DNA of 64,000 nt from an uncultured Acidobacteriota bacterium (GTDB taxonomy: Bacteria > Acidobacteriota > Terriglobia > Terriglobales > Acidobacteriaceae). Each line of letters begins with the position of its first letter. Position 1 is the stretch's first letter. The notes beneath the pieces were generated by a model. That model was not told the origin of the DNA. It saw only the letters and a program-made list of their open reading frames with translations, and did no database searches. Of this stretch, positions 53,041 to 62,738 are shown piece by piece. The translations under genes were made by a program, and so were the position numbers. The stretch spans positions 48,002 through 112,001 of the forward strand of contig CAVTHF010000003.1 of NCBI GenBank assembly GCA_963734415.1. Direction: 5' to 3'.

Positions 53041-55578
53041 ATGAAGCCGGCACTGCTTCTACTGCTCGCTTCCCTGCCCGCCCTTTCGCAGCGCGAGCCC
53101 GTGCTCAAGCAGATCGATCTTCCCCATCCTTACTACTACCGCGAGATGTATTTGCCGCAGCTTACGACCGGACCAAGTTCGGCGGCGTGGCTTCCGGATT
53201 CTCAGACCCTGGTGTACTCAATGGCGGGTTCGTTGTGGCGGCAGAAAGTGGGTTCTTACGATGCCGAGCAACTCACCGCCGGTCCCGGCTACGACTACCA
53301 GCCGGATTGCTCGCCGGACGGCCGTTGGGTGGTATATGACTCTTACTATAAGGATGCCGTCGAACTCTGGGCGCTGGACTTGACCACCATGCAGTCGCGC
53401 CAACTGACATCGGGCGGCGCGGTGAACGTCGAGCCGCGTTTCTCACCCGACGGCAAGCGCGTCGCTTTTGTTTCGACGTCCTACCATCGTCACTTTCATA
53501 TCTTCGCCGGCGAATTTGCGGACGGCGAACTGCACAACGTGCAGCGCCTCACCGGTGAAACCCGCAGCGACTTGCCGCGCTACTACTACAGCGAATTTGA
53601 CCACGAGATCAGCCCGGCGTGGTCGCCGGATGGAAAGGAGTTGCTGTTCGTCTCGAACCGTGGGCACATCTACGGCACCGGCGGCTTCTGGCGGATGAAG
53701 GCTGAGGCAGGCGCGGAAGCGCACGAGATTCACTACGAGGAAACCACCTGGAAAGCGCGGCCGGATTTCTCTCCCGACGGCAAACGGATTGTCTATGCGT
53801 CATATCTCGGCCAGCAATGGCACCAGCTCTGGCTGATGCCGTCGCAGGGTGGCGATGCCTTCCCGATTTCTTATAACAAGGGCTTCCACCCTTTTTTCGA
53901 TGGCAGTTTTGACAGCATCAATCCTCGCTGGTCGCCAGATGGAAAGAAGGTCGCATTCATTTCGAACGCGTGCCTGAACACTTGTTTAATGGTGCAGGAG
54001 ATTCCCGGCGGAGCGATCACCGGCGTACATGCGACGCTGCCTCACTACCGGAAACCGATGGGGAGCCTGGGTGTTACGGTTCTGGATCCGGCCGGCCAGC
54101 CGACTTACGCGCGCATTTCGCTGACTGGTGAAGATGGCCGCGCCTATGCTCCCACTTACTCGTGGATGCAAGCCGATGATAGTTTCGTCCGCTCCGAGCG
54201 TCCATTTGAGGCTCATTACTTTCACACCAACGGAGCAGTGCTGCTCGATGTGCCGGCAGGAAAAGTCACAGTCGAAGTCATGAAAGGTTTCGAGTACCAA
54301 TTCGAGCGGCGTGTGGTTGATGTCGGCAAGGACCAGCGGGCAGGAGTTGCGATCAAGCTGAGACCTCTGAATATTCCGTCTGAAGCGCACTCTCGCTGGA
54401 TCAGCGCCGACGTACACGTGCACATGAATTACGGCGGTGCGTATCGCAATACCCCGGCCAATTTGGTGATGCAGGCCACAGCCGAAAATGTGTCGATCGT
54501 TGATGACCTGATTGTGAATAAGGAGCAGCGCATCCCTGACATCGAATACTTCAGCGATGCATCCGATGCGGCCTCTACGCCCGACACTCAGCTGTTCCAC
54601 AGCCAGGAGTTTCACACCAGCTACTGGGGACATCTCGGGCTGCTGAATCTTATGTATCATTTCCTGCTTCCTGGATATGCGGCCTACCCCGGTACTGCCG
54701 CCGCCAGTCTGGTTCCCACTAACGCCGATGTTGCGGACATGACCCATGCGCAATATGGACTGGTCGGTTATGCTCACCCGTTTGATTCCACACCGGACCC
54801 CGCGAAGGATGCGACCCTAACCGACGAATTGCCGGTCGACGTCGCTCTCGGCAAAGTGGATTACATCGAGGTCCTCGGATTCAGCGATCATAAAGCGACC
54901 GCTGAAGTGTGGCACCGCCTGCTGAATCTCGGTTTTCATCTCCCGGCGGCAGCGGGAACGGACGCCATGGCCGACTTCGCATCGCTGCGTGGGCCGGTGG
55001 GGCTGAACCGTGCATATGTGAAAGTTCCGCAAGGGCCTTTCAATATTCGCGACTGGCTGAACTCATTGAAAGCAGGGCACACCTTCGCCACCAATGGCCC
55101 ATTGCTGGGGTTCACTCTGGGCGGCAAAGAAATCGGCGGCGAAGTGAAACTTCCAGCGGGCGAGAACAAAGTGAAATTCGCCGTTTGGATGCGCTCGATA
55201 GTTCCCGTCGATCATCTGGAAATAATCTGCAACGGAAAAGTGCTGAGCGAGTTGAAGCTCGGCAGCGATCGCGAATCCGCTGACGTGGAAGACACAATTC
55301 CCATCTCGCGCAGCGGGTGGTGCCTGCTGCGGGCGTGGAGCCAGAAGCCCGAGTACCCGATCCTGGATCTGTATCCTTACGCGACAACGAGTCCGATTTA
55401 TGTGACGGTCGCAGGCTCGACTCCCAAAGCTCCCGAAGACGCCGCATACTTCATTGCTTGGATTGGACGAATCGAAGACTCGGTGAAAGCCAACCGGGAC
55501 TGGAATACGGAAGCGGAAGCGACGAGCGTGCTGAAGCTGCTGGACGATGCGCGGGATGTGTATAGAAAATTGCAATAA
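53041..55578 (+). CDS. Secreted TolB-like beta-propeller fused to a CehA/McbA-type (PHP-like) metallohydrolase domain
   Basis: Signal peptide MKPALLLLLASLPALS. Repeated PD40 motifs are present (SPDGRWVVY, SPDGKRVAFVS, SPDGKELLFVS, SPDGKRIVYAS, SPDGKKVAFIS). These are followed by ISADVHVHMNYGG. Confidence 0.8.
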   Translation: MKPALLLLLASLPALSQREPVLKQIDLPHPYYYREMYLPQLTTGPSSAAWLPDSQTLVYSMAGSLWRQKVGSYDAEQLTAGPGYDYQPDCSPDGRWVVYDSYYKDAVELWALDLTTMQSRQLTSGGAVNVEPRFSPDGKRVAFVSTSYHRHFHIFAGEFADGELHNVQRLTGETRSDLPRYYYSEFDHEISPAWSPDGKELLFVSNRGHIYGTGGFWRMKAEAGAEAHEIHYEETTWKARPDFSPDGKRIVYASYLGQQWHQLWLMPSQGGDAFPISYNKGFHPFFDGSFDSINPRWSPDGKKVAFISNACLNTCLMVQEIPGGAITGVHATLPHYRKPMGSLGVTVLDPAGQPTYARISLTGEDGRAYAPTYSWMQADDSFVRSERPFEAHYFHTNGAVLLDVPAGKVTVEVMKGFEYQFERRVVDVGKDQRAGVAIKLRPLNIPSEAHSRWISADVHVHMNYGGAYRNTPANLVMQATAENVSIVDDLIVNKEQRIPDIEYFSDASDAASTPDTQLFHSQEFHTSYWGHLGLLNLMYHFLLPGYAAYPGTAAASLVPTNADVADMTHAQYGLVGYAHPFDSTPDPAKDATLTDELPVDVALGKVDYIEVLGFSDHKATAEVWHRLLNLGFHLPAAAGTDAMADFASLRGPVGLNRAYVKVPQGPFNIRDWLNSLKAGHTFATNGPLLGFTLGGKEIGGEVKLPAGENKVKFAVWMRSIVPVDHLEIICNGKVLSELKLGSDRESADVEDTIPISRSGWCLLRAWSQKPEYPILDLYPYATTSPIYVTVAGSTPKAPEDAAYFIAWIGRIEDSVKANRDWNTEAEATSVLKLLDDARDVYRKLQ

Positions 55579-55585
55579 AAAACTG

Positions 55586-55658
55586 GCCACGGATTTACAC
55601 GGATCAACACGGATAAATCTTTATGGGTTATCCGTGGTAATCCGTGAAGATCCGTGGC
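55586..55658. repeat. CACGGAT-type long palindrome
   Basis: GCCACGGATTTACACGGATCAACACGGATAA...TTATCCGTGGTAATCCGTGAAGATCCGTGGC. It fills the gap between two convergent stop codons. Confidence 0.75.
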
Positions 55659-55662
55659 TGAT

Positions 55663-56761
55663 TTAAGCCTGTTCTAGATCCAGTAGAGCTTTCTTCCGTT
55701 CCACGCCCCAGCGGTAGCCGCCCATTTCTCCGCCTTTGCGGACGACGCGATGGCAGGGGATCGCAACCGCGACTGGGTTGGTGGCGCAGGCTCGCGCGAC
55801 GGCTCGCGTTGCTGAGGGACGGCCGATGCCCTTCGCCACGGCGGCGTAGGAACGAGTTTCACCGAAGGGAATCTTCTGCAAGTAGGACCAGACACGCCGC
55901 TGAAAAGCGGTCGCCTGAATGTCCAGTGGGAGTGCAGAATTCAAGCGCTGACCTCGCATCTGGCGCAACAGGTTTTCTTTCCATTCGCGCAGGGCGCCGT
56001 CGTCACGTTTGCGATTGGCGAAGGGAAACTCGTGCCGTAGGCCGTGCTCGAGCTCGTCGTCGGAATTGGCGAATTGTATGGCGCAGATGCCCTTGTCGGT
56101 GGCTGCGATCAGCATCCGTCCTAGCGGCGAATCGGCGCAGGTGTAGCGGATGGGAGCGGCGATAGCGCCACGACGATACTTGTCCGGCGTCATGCCGAGC
56201 TGCGATGCGGTGCGCTCGTAGAGCCGGCTGCTGGAGCTGTATCCGGCGTCGTACATGGCGCGGGTCACTGAATGTCCGGCGCGCAGATTGCTCTTGAGCT
56301 GGTTCATGCGGCAAGAGTCGGCGTAGGCCTTCGGGGTAATTCCCAGCACTGCCTTGAACTTGCGTTGCAAGTGAAACGGGCTCTGGTGAAATTCGGCTCC
56401 CAGGCGGGCCAGCGTGAGCGGTTCATCGAGATGCTGCTCGATGTAGCGACAGATGGCGCGAATTGTCTCTGTCGACTCCGTGGCCAGCAGCGCGGGGGCG
56501 GCAGCGCAGGCAGGCGCGGTAGCCTGCTTTTTCGGCTTCATCAGGGCGGCGGAAGAAAGCGACGTTTTCCCGGCGCGGACGGCGCGACGGGCAGGATGGC
56601 CGGCAATAGACGCCGGTCGAAGACACGGCAAACACGAAGCTGCCGTCCTGGCTGGCATCCCGGGCCTCGACGGCCTGCCACCAGCGGCTTTGGCTGGCTC
56701 CCGTTATTTCTGCTCCAACCACTTCAATTCCGCTCAGGTTGAGTATCGCATTGGTTGTCAT
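55663..56761 (-). pseudogene. ada: Bifunctional Ada (Zn-finger methylphosphotriester domain, AraC HTH, and O6-methylguanine-DNA methyltransferase); +1 frameshift
   Basis: The N-terminal part reads FVFAVSSTGVYCRPSCPSRRPRRENVAFF...AGYRACLRCRP (ORF 56423-56761). The frame shifts in a C5 run (G5 on the plus strand at 56494-56498). It continues ALLATESTETIRAICRYIEQHLDEPLTL...IPCHRVVRKGG (ORF 55663-56658). Confidence 0.85.
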
Positions 56762-56835
56762 AATGGGGAAAGACTAGCGGGAGGGCGGGGTGGTGGACTA
56801 TCCGTATCTTGCGTTCAAAGCAAGATTGTTGCGGT

Positions 56836-57594
56836 ATGCTGATTTCGCCGGTTTCGGCTTTGGTTTTGATGATGCCAACACTCTCCCGGCTGGCTGTCCT
56901 CAGTTTTCAGCTGGCAGCGTTTTGTTTGATGAATCCAACCTCCAACAGGTCGTCAGTCGTTGTGCCATCATCCGAGGCGCTTGCAGCCTATGTCGATCAC
57001 GAAATCGAGCTCGATGCGGCTCACCCGGCACCGGAGTGGCAGAACGCCCGGGCAATTCTCTTCTCTTCCGATTGGCAGGGCAACAACCCGGATCCCGCGC
57101 TTCAGACCACAGTCCGTATCTTATGGTCGCGGCGGGCGCTATATTTGCGGTTCGAATGTCGATATCGGGAGCTCTACGTTTTCGAGGATTCCGATCCCAA
57201 CGGACGCCGCGATCATTTATGGGACCGCGACGTGGTGGAGGCGTTTCTCCAACCAGATCCGGCGCGAGAGCATTTCTATAGAGAATTCGAAGTCGGTCCC
57301 AATGGGATGTGGATCGATCTGGATATCTTTCCCGGCGGGCGGGCTGACTTGAAGAGCGGTATGCAGCGCTCCGTGGTGCTCGACCGGGAAACCCACACCT
57401 GGTTTGCCGAACTCGCAATCCCAGTCAGCGCACTAACCACGCACTTCGACCCCGCAACCATCTGGCGAGTAAATTTCTACCGAGTGGAGGGAAAGAAGGA
57501 ACCGCGCGCCTACCTGGCGTGGCAGCCTACGCGGACGCCACAACCGAATTTCCATGTGCCGGCAACGTTTGGCACACTGCGATTCGCTCGGTAA
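56836..57594 (+). CDS. Carbohydrate-binding family 9-like domain protein
   Basis: LWSRRALYLRFECRY...DRDVVEAFLQPD...YREFEVGPNGMWIDL...WRVNFYRVEG. The start is uncertain (56836 or 56869). Confidence 0.65.
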   Translation: MLISPVSALVLMMPTLSRLAVLSFQLAAFCLMNPTSNRSSVVVPSSEALAAYVDHEIELDAAHPAPEWQNARAILFSSDWQGNNPDPALQTTVRILWSRRALYLRFECRYRELYVFEDSDPNGRRDHLWDRDVVEAFLQPDPAREHFYREFEVGPNGMWIDLDIFPGGRADLKSGMQRSVVLDRETHTWFAELAIPVSALTTHFDPATIWRVNFYRVEGKKEPRAYLAWQPTRTPQPNFHVPATFGTLRFAR

Positions 57595-57596
57595 CC

Positions 57597-58217
57597 CTAG
57601 TCAGGTAGCGGCTGCAGCATTCCAAAGGTTTGCGTGATACCGGCGCGTTTGCGCAACTCATTGAGTAGCGCATGGGCGGCGTTATCGTAGGTCTTGGTGG
57701 AGTCAGAAGTGTCAGCCCAGACCGCTTCATAGACAATCTGTGCCGCTTCTTTCAAGTCGATGTGAAGAGCGGCTTCCAGGATATCGACACGCTCTTGCAG
57801 ATGGTCAAAGCAGGTCTGGCAAACCGTCGCTGGTTGCTGGTCCGTTTCGTGATTCTCTGCCCGCGTGCAATGCGTCGGTGGGGTCGAACGCACCTGCATC
57901 TGCGAGGTGAGTAGTTGCGCCTTGAAGTCGCGCAGGAAACGTTCCCGCTCAGCCTCCAAAGTTGCCAAATCAGGCGTCTCCTCGCTGACCGCCGGGGCAG
58001 CGGGCGCTGGAACGGCCACCACTGCCGGAGATACGCGCTCCGTGGTCTGGCATACCGGGCAGACGTTCACATTGGCGGCATAGTAGGTCCGGCACTTTAC
58101 ACAAGGGAGCCCATAACCGGCGGGCTTGAATCCGAGCGGTGATGCGTCGATCTGGCCCCCGGCACCGGGTGCGCTCACAATCTTGTCCATTGCCGGCGCT
58201 GCTGCTGTAGAGCTCAT
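57597..58217 (-). CDS. Hypothetical protein with an N-terminal zinc-ribbon (CxxC-x11-CxxC)
   Basis: LPCVKCRTYYAANVNVCPVCQ and a later CQTCFDHL. Confidence 0.5.
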   Translation of the reverse strand: MSSTAAAPAMDKIVSAPGAGGQIDASPLGFKPAGYGLPCVKCRTYYAANVNVCPVCQTTERVSPAVVAVPAPAAPAVSEETPDLATLEAERERFLRDFKAQLLTSQMQVRSTPPTHCTRAENHETDQQPATVCQTCFDHLQERVDILEAALHIDLKEAAQIVYEAVWADTSDSTKTYDNAAHALLNELRKRAGITQTFGMLQPLPD

Positions 58218-58502
58218 GTTCGCTCCTTAATTCAAATGACCCTGGGACGCCGCAGAGGGCGTCAATGGAGATTGTAGGGCGGTCACGCTTACCTGCCGAG
58301 AGCACGGGGGTTCAATAGCGAGGCTGCCCGAAGGTTCCCCTCCTACGCCTAAGGCACTCTGCCTCTTGGGTTTGAACGGGGTCGTGTAGAGGCAGGCTGC
58401 CTAGGACGCATTTCCGTGACCGTAGCCCATACGGTTGACGGAACAGTCAGGCTTGCGTAACGTTAAGAAATAAAGAGAAAGCGTCTCTCGTGGAGGTTCT
58501 TT

Positions 58503-58706
58503 ATGTTTGAAGGCCTGTTTCAGCCGATGCACCTTCTGGTCATCTTTGTTATCGCTCTGCTGATCTTCGGCCCCAAAAAACTTCCCGAGCTGGGCAAAGG
58601 GATCGGCGAGGGTATCCGCGCGCTGAAAGAAGGCATGAAGGACACGCCCCCCGACCCACCAAAGGCCGCCAGCACGGAAGTAAAAAACCCCGATACCAAG
58701 AGCTAG
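58503..58706 (+). CDS. tatA: Twin-arginine translocase subunit TatA/E
   Basis: HLLVIFVIALLIFGPKKLPELGKGIGEGIRALKEG. Confidence 0.9.
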   Translation: MFEGLFQPMHLLVIFVIALLIFGPKKLPELGKGIGEGIRALKEGMKDTPPDPPKAASTEVKNPDTKS

Positions 58707-58756
58707 CTGGCTCAGCCTTCGCCCTTCGAGATCAAAACAATTCACGGAGAACCCTT

Positions 58757-59809
58757 ATGCATAAGCTGCAGGTGTTTGTATTCTTGTCGCTACTCGCGTT
58801 GACTTCCAGGCTTTACGCCGATCAAGTTGTGTTAAGCAATGGCGACCGGTTGACCGGAACCATTACCAAGTCGGATGGCAAGACACTGGTGATCAAGACC
58901 GACCTCGCCGGCGAAGTCACCGTTCCATGGACAGCCGTCCAGTCGCTGACTTCGGCGACTCCGCTTCATGTGGCCACTCAAGCTGGGAAGACAGTTGTTG
59001 GTCCGGTCACTACAACGGACGGCAGTTTGGCAGTGGGCACGCCGCAAGGTGGAACCGTCGACGTTCCCAAGACCGATGTGACAGCGCTGCGCAACGATCA
59101 GGAACAGGCGGCATACGAAAAGTCGCTGCATCCTACGTTGCTGCAAGGCTGGAATGGCGGAGCCAATGTCGGCTTTGCCCTGACCGGCGGCAATAGCGAA
59201 ACCAAGAACCTGGCGCTGGCGTTTACCGCCGATCGCAAGACCTCGCACGATGAAATCGCGCTGTACGTCAATACCATCTATGCCACCAACGATGCTGCCG
59301 GGGCCGTGCCCAGCGTGACCGCGAACGCAACACAGGGTGGCGCCCGCTACGATCGCAATCTCACCAAGCGGCTGTTCGGCTTCGGAAGCGCCGATTTCCA
59401 GACCGACGCGCTGCAGGCGTTGAACCTGCGCTCCGTCCTCGGTGGAGGCCTGGGGTTTCACGCTATCAATAGCGACCGTACCACCCTGGATTTCCTGGGT
59501 GGCCTGAATTACACCCGAGAGAGCTATGTGACCTTCGATCGCAACTTCGCCGCACTTACTTTGGGTGAAGAATTCATGCACAAGCTGGGGGCGTCAACGG
59601 TGTTAAGCCAGAAGCTGTACTTCTTCCCCGATCTCAACGACACGGGAGAGTACCGCGGCACTTTCAATATCGGCACCATCACTAAGATCAGCAAGTGGCT
59701 AGGCTGGCAAAATGCGTTCGGCGACATTTACGTGACCAATCCGCCGGCGGGCAAGAAACAGAACGACGTCCAGTTGACTACCGGAATCAACGTGTCGTTT
59801 ACGCACTGA
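58757..59809 (+). CDS. DUF481-family outer-membrane beta-barrel protein (YdiY-like) with an N-terminal extension
   Basis: Signal peptide. GNSETKNLALAFTADRK... and an alternating-strand C-terminus ending NVSFTH. Confidence 0.8.
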   Translation: MHKLQVFVFLSLLALTSRLYADQVVLSNGDRLTGTITKSDGKTLVIKTDLAGEVTVPWTAVQSLTSATPLHVATQAGKTVVGPVTTTDGSLAVGTPQGGTVDVPKTDVTALRNDQEQAAYEKSLHPTLLQGWNGGANVGFALTGGNSETKNLALAFTADRKTSHDEIALYVNTIYATNDAAGAVPSVTANATQGGARYDRNLTKRLFGFGSADFQTDALQALNLRSVLGGGLGFHAINSDRTTLDFLGGLNYTRESYVTFDRNFAALTLGEEFMHKLGASTVLSQKLYFFPDLNDTGEYRGTFNIGTITKISKWLGWQNAFGDIYVTNPPAGKKQNDVQLTTGINVSFTH

Positions 59810-59860
59810 GATTTGCGGTGACGTTTTCTGCCAAGATGGCATCTTAGGAGGCGGAGGCTT

Positions 59861-60034
59861 ATGCAGCAACCACTGGCTCTACGTACAAGGGATCCTGAGG
59901 ATCGTTCCATCGACGAAAGCAATATCGAGGAGCGGAAAGACAAGATGATGGACAAAACCGTCGCAGATACTTTCCCGGCCAGCGATCCGCCATCTTCTCT
60001 GCCTGATCCGGATGATGATTCGTTCGCGGCATAA
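59861..60034 (+). CDS. Small acidic protein (57 aa)
   Basis: TAGGAGGCGGAGG RBS. Product: MQQPLALRTRDPEDRSIDESNIEERKDKMMDKTVADTFPASDPPSSLPDPDDDSFAA. Confidence 0.45.
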   Translation: MQQPLALRTRDPEDRSIDESNIEERKDKMMDKTVADTFPASDPPSSLPDPDDDSFAA

Positions 60035-60047
60035 ACAAGGAATCGAT

Positions 60048-61175
60048 CTACTCTCTGGTCACCGACTTCACCAGATTCCGCGGATGGTCCACATCCAGGC
60101 CTTTTTTCACGGCCATGTAATACGCGAAGAGTTGAAGGGGAACAATTTCCAGAATCGGCGAAAGCAACTCGGAAGCCCGGGGAACGAAGATGGTGTAATC
60201 GGCGATGCGTTCCAACTCTTCATCTCCTTCGGAAGCAATGGCAATCACTCGCGCCGATTGTTGCCTGAAACTCTTGATGTTGGCCACATTCTTCTGGTAG
60301 CGCAGAACTGATCCTTCATCGTTGCGGTCGCAGGTTGCAATGATGACGATCGGGAGATTCTCATCAATCAGCGCATTGGGGCCGTGTTTGGTTTCCCCCG
60401 TGGGATAGCCCTCGGCATGAACATAGGAGACCTCCTTCAACTTCAAGGCCCCGTCCATGGCGATGGGGTAATGAATGGCGCGGCCGAGAAAGAGAAAGTC
60501 CTGGGCCAAGCGATACTTCTCGGCGAGCTTTTCACACTGGGGCGCAGATGCCAACACGGTTGTGACTTTATCGGGAAGGTCCAGCAACTCGGTGATGTGG
60601 CGCCGCACCTGATCTTTGCTCAGACTGCCCCGCTCCTGGCCAAGATATGCAGCCAACAGGAACAGCACTGCCATTTGCGCGGTGAAGGCTTTGGTAGAAG
60701 CGATGCTGACTTCCGGCCCGGCGTTGGTGTAGAGCACGCCGTCAGCTTCGCGAGCGATGGTCGAGTTGACCACGTTCGAGATGGCGATGGTGCGCGATCC
60801 TCTGGCCTTAGCCTCGCGCTGCGATGCCGTGGTATCGGCAGTTTCACCGGATTGGGTAATCACAATGGTCAGCTCGCCCGCGCCGATCATCGGATTGCGA
60901 TATTCAAATTCGCTGGCGTAATCCACATCCGCGGGCAGGTTCGCCAAATCCTGGATCATGTATTGACCGGTCATGCCGGCATGGCGACTGGTTCCGGAAG
61001 CCACAATATGGATGCGGCGCAGGGCACACAGCTCTTCCCTGCCGATTCGCACTTCATCCAGCCGGACCGCGCCGGCTTCGAGCGACACTCGGGGCAGGAT
61101 AGTAGCGCGCAAGCCCTGCGGCTGCTCGAAAATCTCCTTCAGCATGTAGTGGGGAAATCCGCCTTTGTCTGCCAA
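60048..61175 (-). CDS. Tandem-SIS-domain sugar isomerase/deaminase (GlmS C-terminal-like, AgaS/NagB-II type; no glutaminase domain)
   Basis: FPHYMLKEIFEQP...IVASGTSRHAG...VITQSGETADT...YVHAEGYPTGETKHGP. Confidence 0.85.
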   Translation of the reverse strand: MADKGGFPHYMLKEIFEQPQGLRATILPRVSLEAGAVRLDEVRIGREELCALRRIHIVASGTSRHAGMTGQYMIQDLANLPADVDYASEFEYRNPMIGAGELTIVITQSGETADTTASQREAKARGSRTIAISNVVNSTIAREADGVLYTNAGPEVSIASTKAFTAQMAVLFLLAAYLGQERGSLSKDQVRRHITELLDLPDKVTTVLASAPQCEKLAEKYRLAQDFLFLGRAIHYPIAMDGALKLKEVSYVHAEGYPTGETKHGPNALIDENLPIVIIATCDRNDEGSVLRYQKNVANIKSFRQQSARVIAIASEGDEELERIADYTIFVPRASELLSPILEIVPLQLFAYYMAVKKGLDVDHPRNLVKSVTRE

Positions 61176-61196
61176 TCCTTCTCCTTGTCTTATTGC

Positions 61197-62378
61197 TTAT
61201 CGGCCCGCCGCGGCGTCGGTCATCACGCCCCCAACAAAGGTAGTTCTCACTTCGCCGTTTGGACTCAGCACCACCAGATCGGCCTCGCACCCAGCCTCGA
61301 TCCTGCCGCGGTTCGACAATCCCACCACCCGGGATGGATTCAGCGTGGCCAGGCGCAGCGCCTGTTGCAATCCCCAAGCCGCAAACTTGGTCACATTACG
61401 CACCGCGCGATCCATGGTCAACACACTGCCGGCGAGTTTGCCTTCGGCGGTGCACATGCCATCCTTAACTTCGACCTCGAACCATCCCAGGCGATAGCGC
61501 CCATCGGGCATTCCTGTAGCGGCGGTCGCGTCTGTAATCAGCACAGCGGAGTCAGAACCCTTCGCCTTTAGAAACAAATCCACGATGATGGGATCGAGAT
61601 GAATTCCATCGGCAATGATGTCTGCAGAGAGCCGCGAATCGGTGAGCACAGCGGCGATGATTCCTGGTTCGCGGTGGCCAAGCGGACGCATGGCATTGAA
61701 GGCATGCGTTGCATGACGGGCTCCGGCCTCGACCGCGGAGCGGGTGTCATGCAAGTTGGCATCGGAATGCCCCAGGCTGACGCAGACGCCTCGGCGCGCC
61801 GCTTCTGCAATCACTTCCCGCGCGCCCTCCAGTTCCGGCGCAATCGTCATCATGCGAATACGACCGCGCGCCGCTTCCCAGAAACGCTCGAACAGCGGCA
61901 GGGTCGGAAGCAGCAAGTCTTGCGGGGGATGCACCCCGCGGCGGGCGAAACTGATGAACGGGCCTTCCAGATGAATCCCCACAGGCTGCGCTCGCAGTCC
62001 GCGGGAGCCGGCATCGCGCTCGGCGTTTTCGATCGCCGTCGCCAGCCGGTCCAGGGCGGAAAAGATGTGGGCTCCGGACGCGGTCACCGTGGTCGGAAGA
62101 TAGCTGGTGACTCCATGTTTCGCCAGCAACTGCTCCACCGCCGGGAGCGCTGCGGGATCTGTCTCCATTACATCGTGGCCCGCGCCGCCGTGAATATGGA
62201 TGTCGACGAACCCGGGAGCGAGAATCGAATCCTGGAAGTCGATGCATTGCACGCCTTCGGGAAGCGGCCGTTCGCTGCGCGAGCGGACCTCGACGATGCG
62301 GGATCCATCCAGGAACACCACCGGCTGCTCGACCGATTCGAGGGGGGTAAACAGGCGGCTTGCGGTCAAAGCAATCAT
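61197..62378 (-). CDS. nagA: N-acetylglucosamine-6-phosphate deacetylase
   Basis: APGFVDIHIHGGAGHD...TIAPE...VSLGHSDA...THAFNAM...ITDA. Confidence 0.9.
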   Translation of the reverse strand: MIALTASRLFTPLESVEQPVVFLDGSRIVEVRSRSERPLPEGVQCIDFQDSILAPGFVDIHIHGGAGHDVMETDPAALPAVEQLLAKHGVTSYLPTTVTASGAHIFSALDRLATAIENAERDAGSRGLRAQPVGIHLEGPFISFARRGVHPPQDLLLPTLPLFERFWEAARGRIRMMTIAPELEGAREVIAEAARRGVCVSLGHSDANLHDTRSAVEAGARHATHAFNAMRPLGHREPGIIAAVLTDSRLSADIIADGIHLDPIIVDLFLKAKGSDSAVLITDATAATGMPDGRYRLGWFEVEVKDGMCTAEGKLAGSVLTMDRAVRNVTKFAAWGLQQALRLATLNPSRVVGLSNRGRIEAGCEADLVVLSPNGEVRTTFVGGVMTDAAAGR

Positions 62379-62607
62379 GGCTGTTGAACGCGGCTATTAA
62401 ATCGTTATATTAGCGGATGTTTGTATCTGAGGTGGCGCGGGCGCCTCCCCGCCGCCGGCTCATTCTCATTGTAAGCGCAGGATCGAGCGAAGACACTACC
62501 GCAGTTGGTAATCACGGGGCGTCCCAGGTGCGGATGTTATAATTTGGTTTGTAGCTGGTTTCCGGCGGCGTTTTTCCTGCCTCTTTCACGCCGGATGGCA
62601 AGTTTGT

Positions 62608-62684
<77 letters not shown>

Positions 62685-62738
62685 ATTTTTATCGGGGTAC
62701 GTTCCGTCTGTCCACGCATTATTATTGTGAGGCTTGAA

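Noticed and set aside
60384-62387. Long plus-strand ORFs 60384-61571 and 61599-62387
   Set aside because: They are antisense shadows of the SIS-domain and nagA genes.
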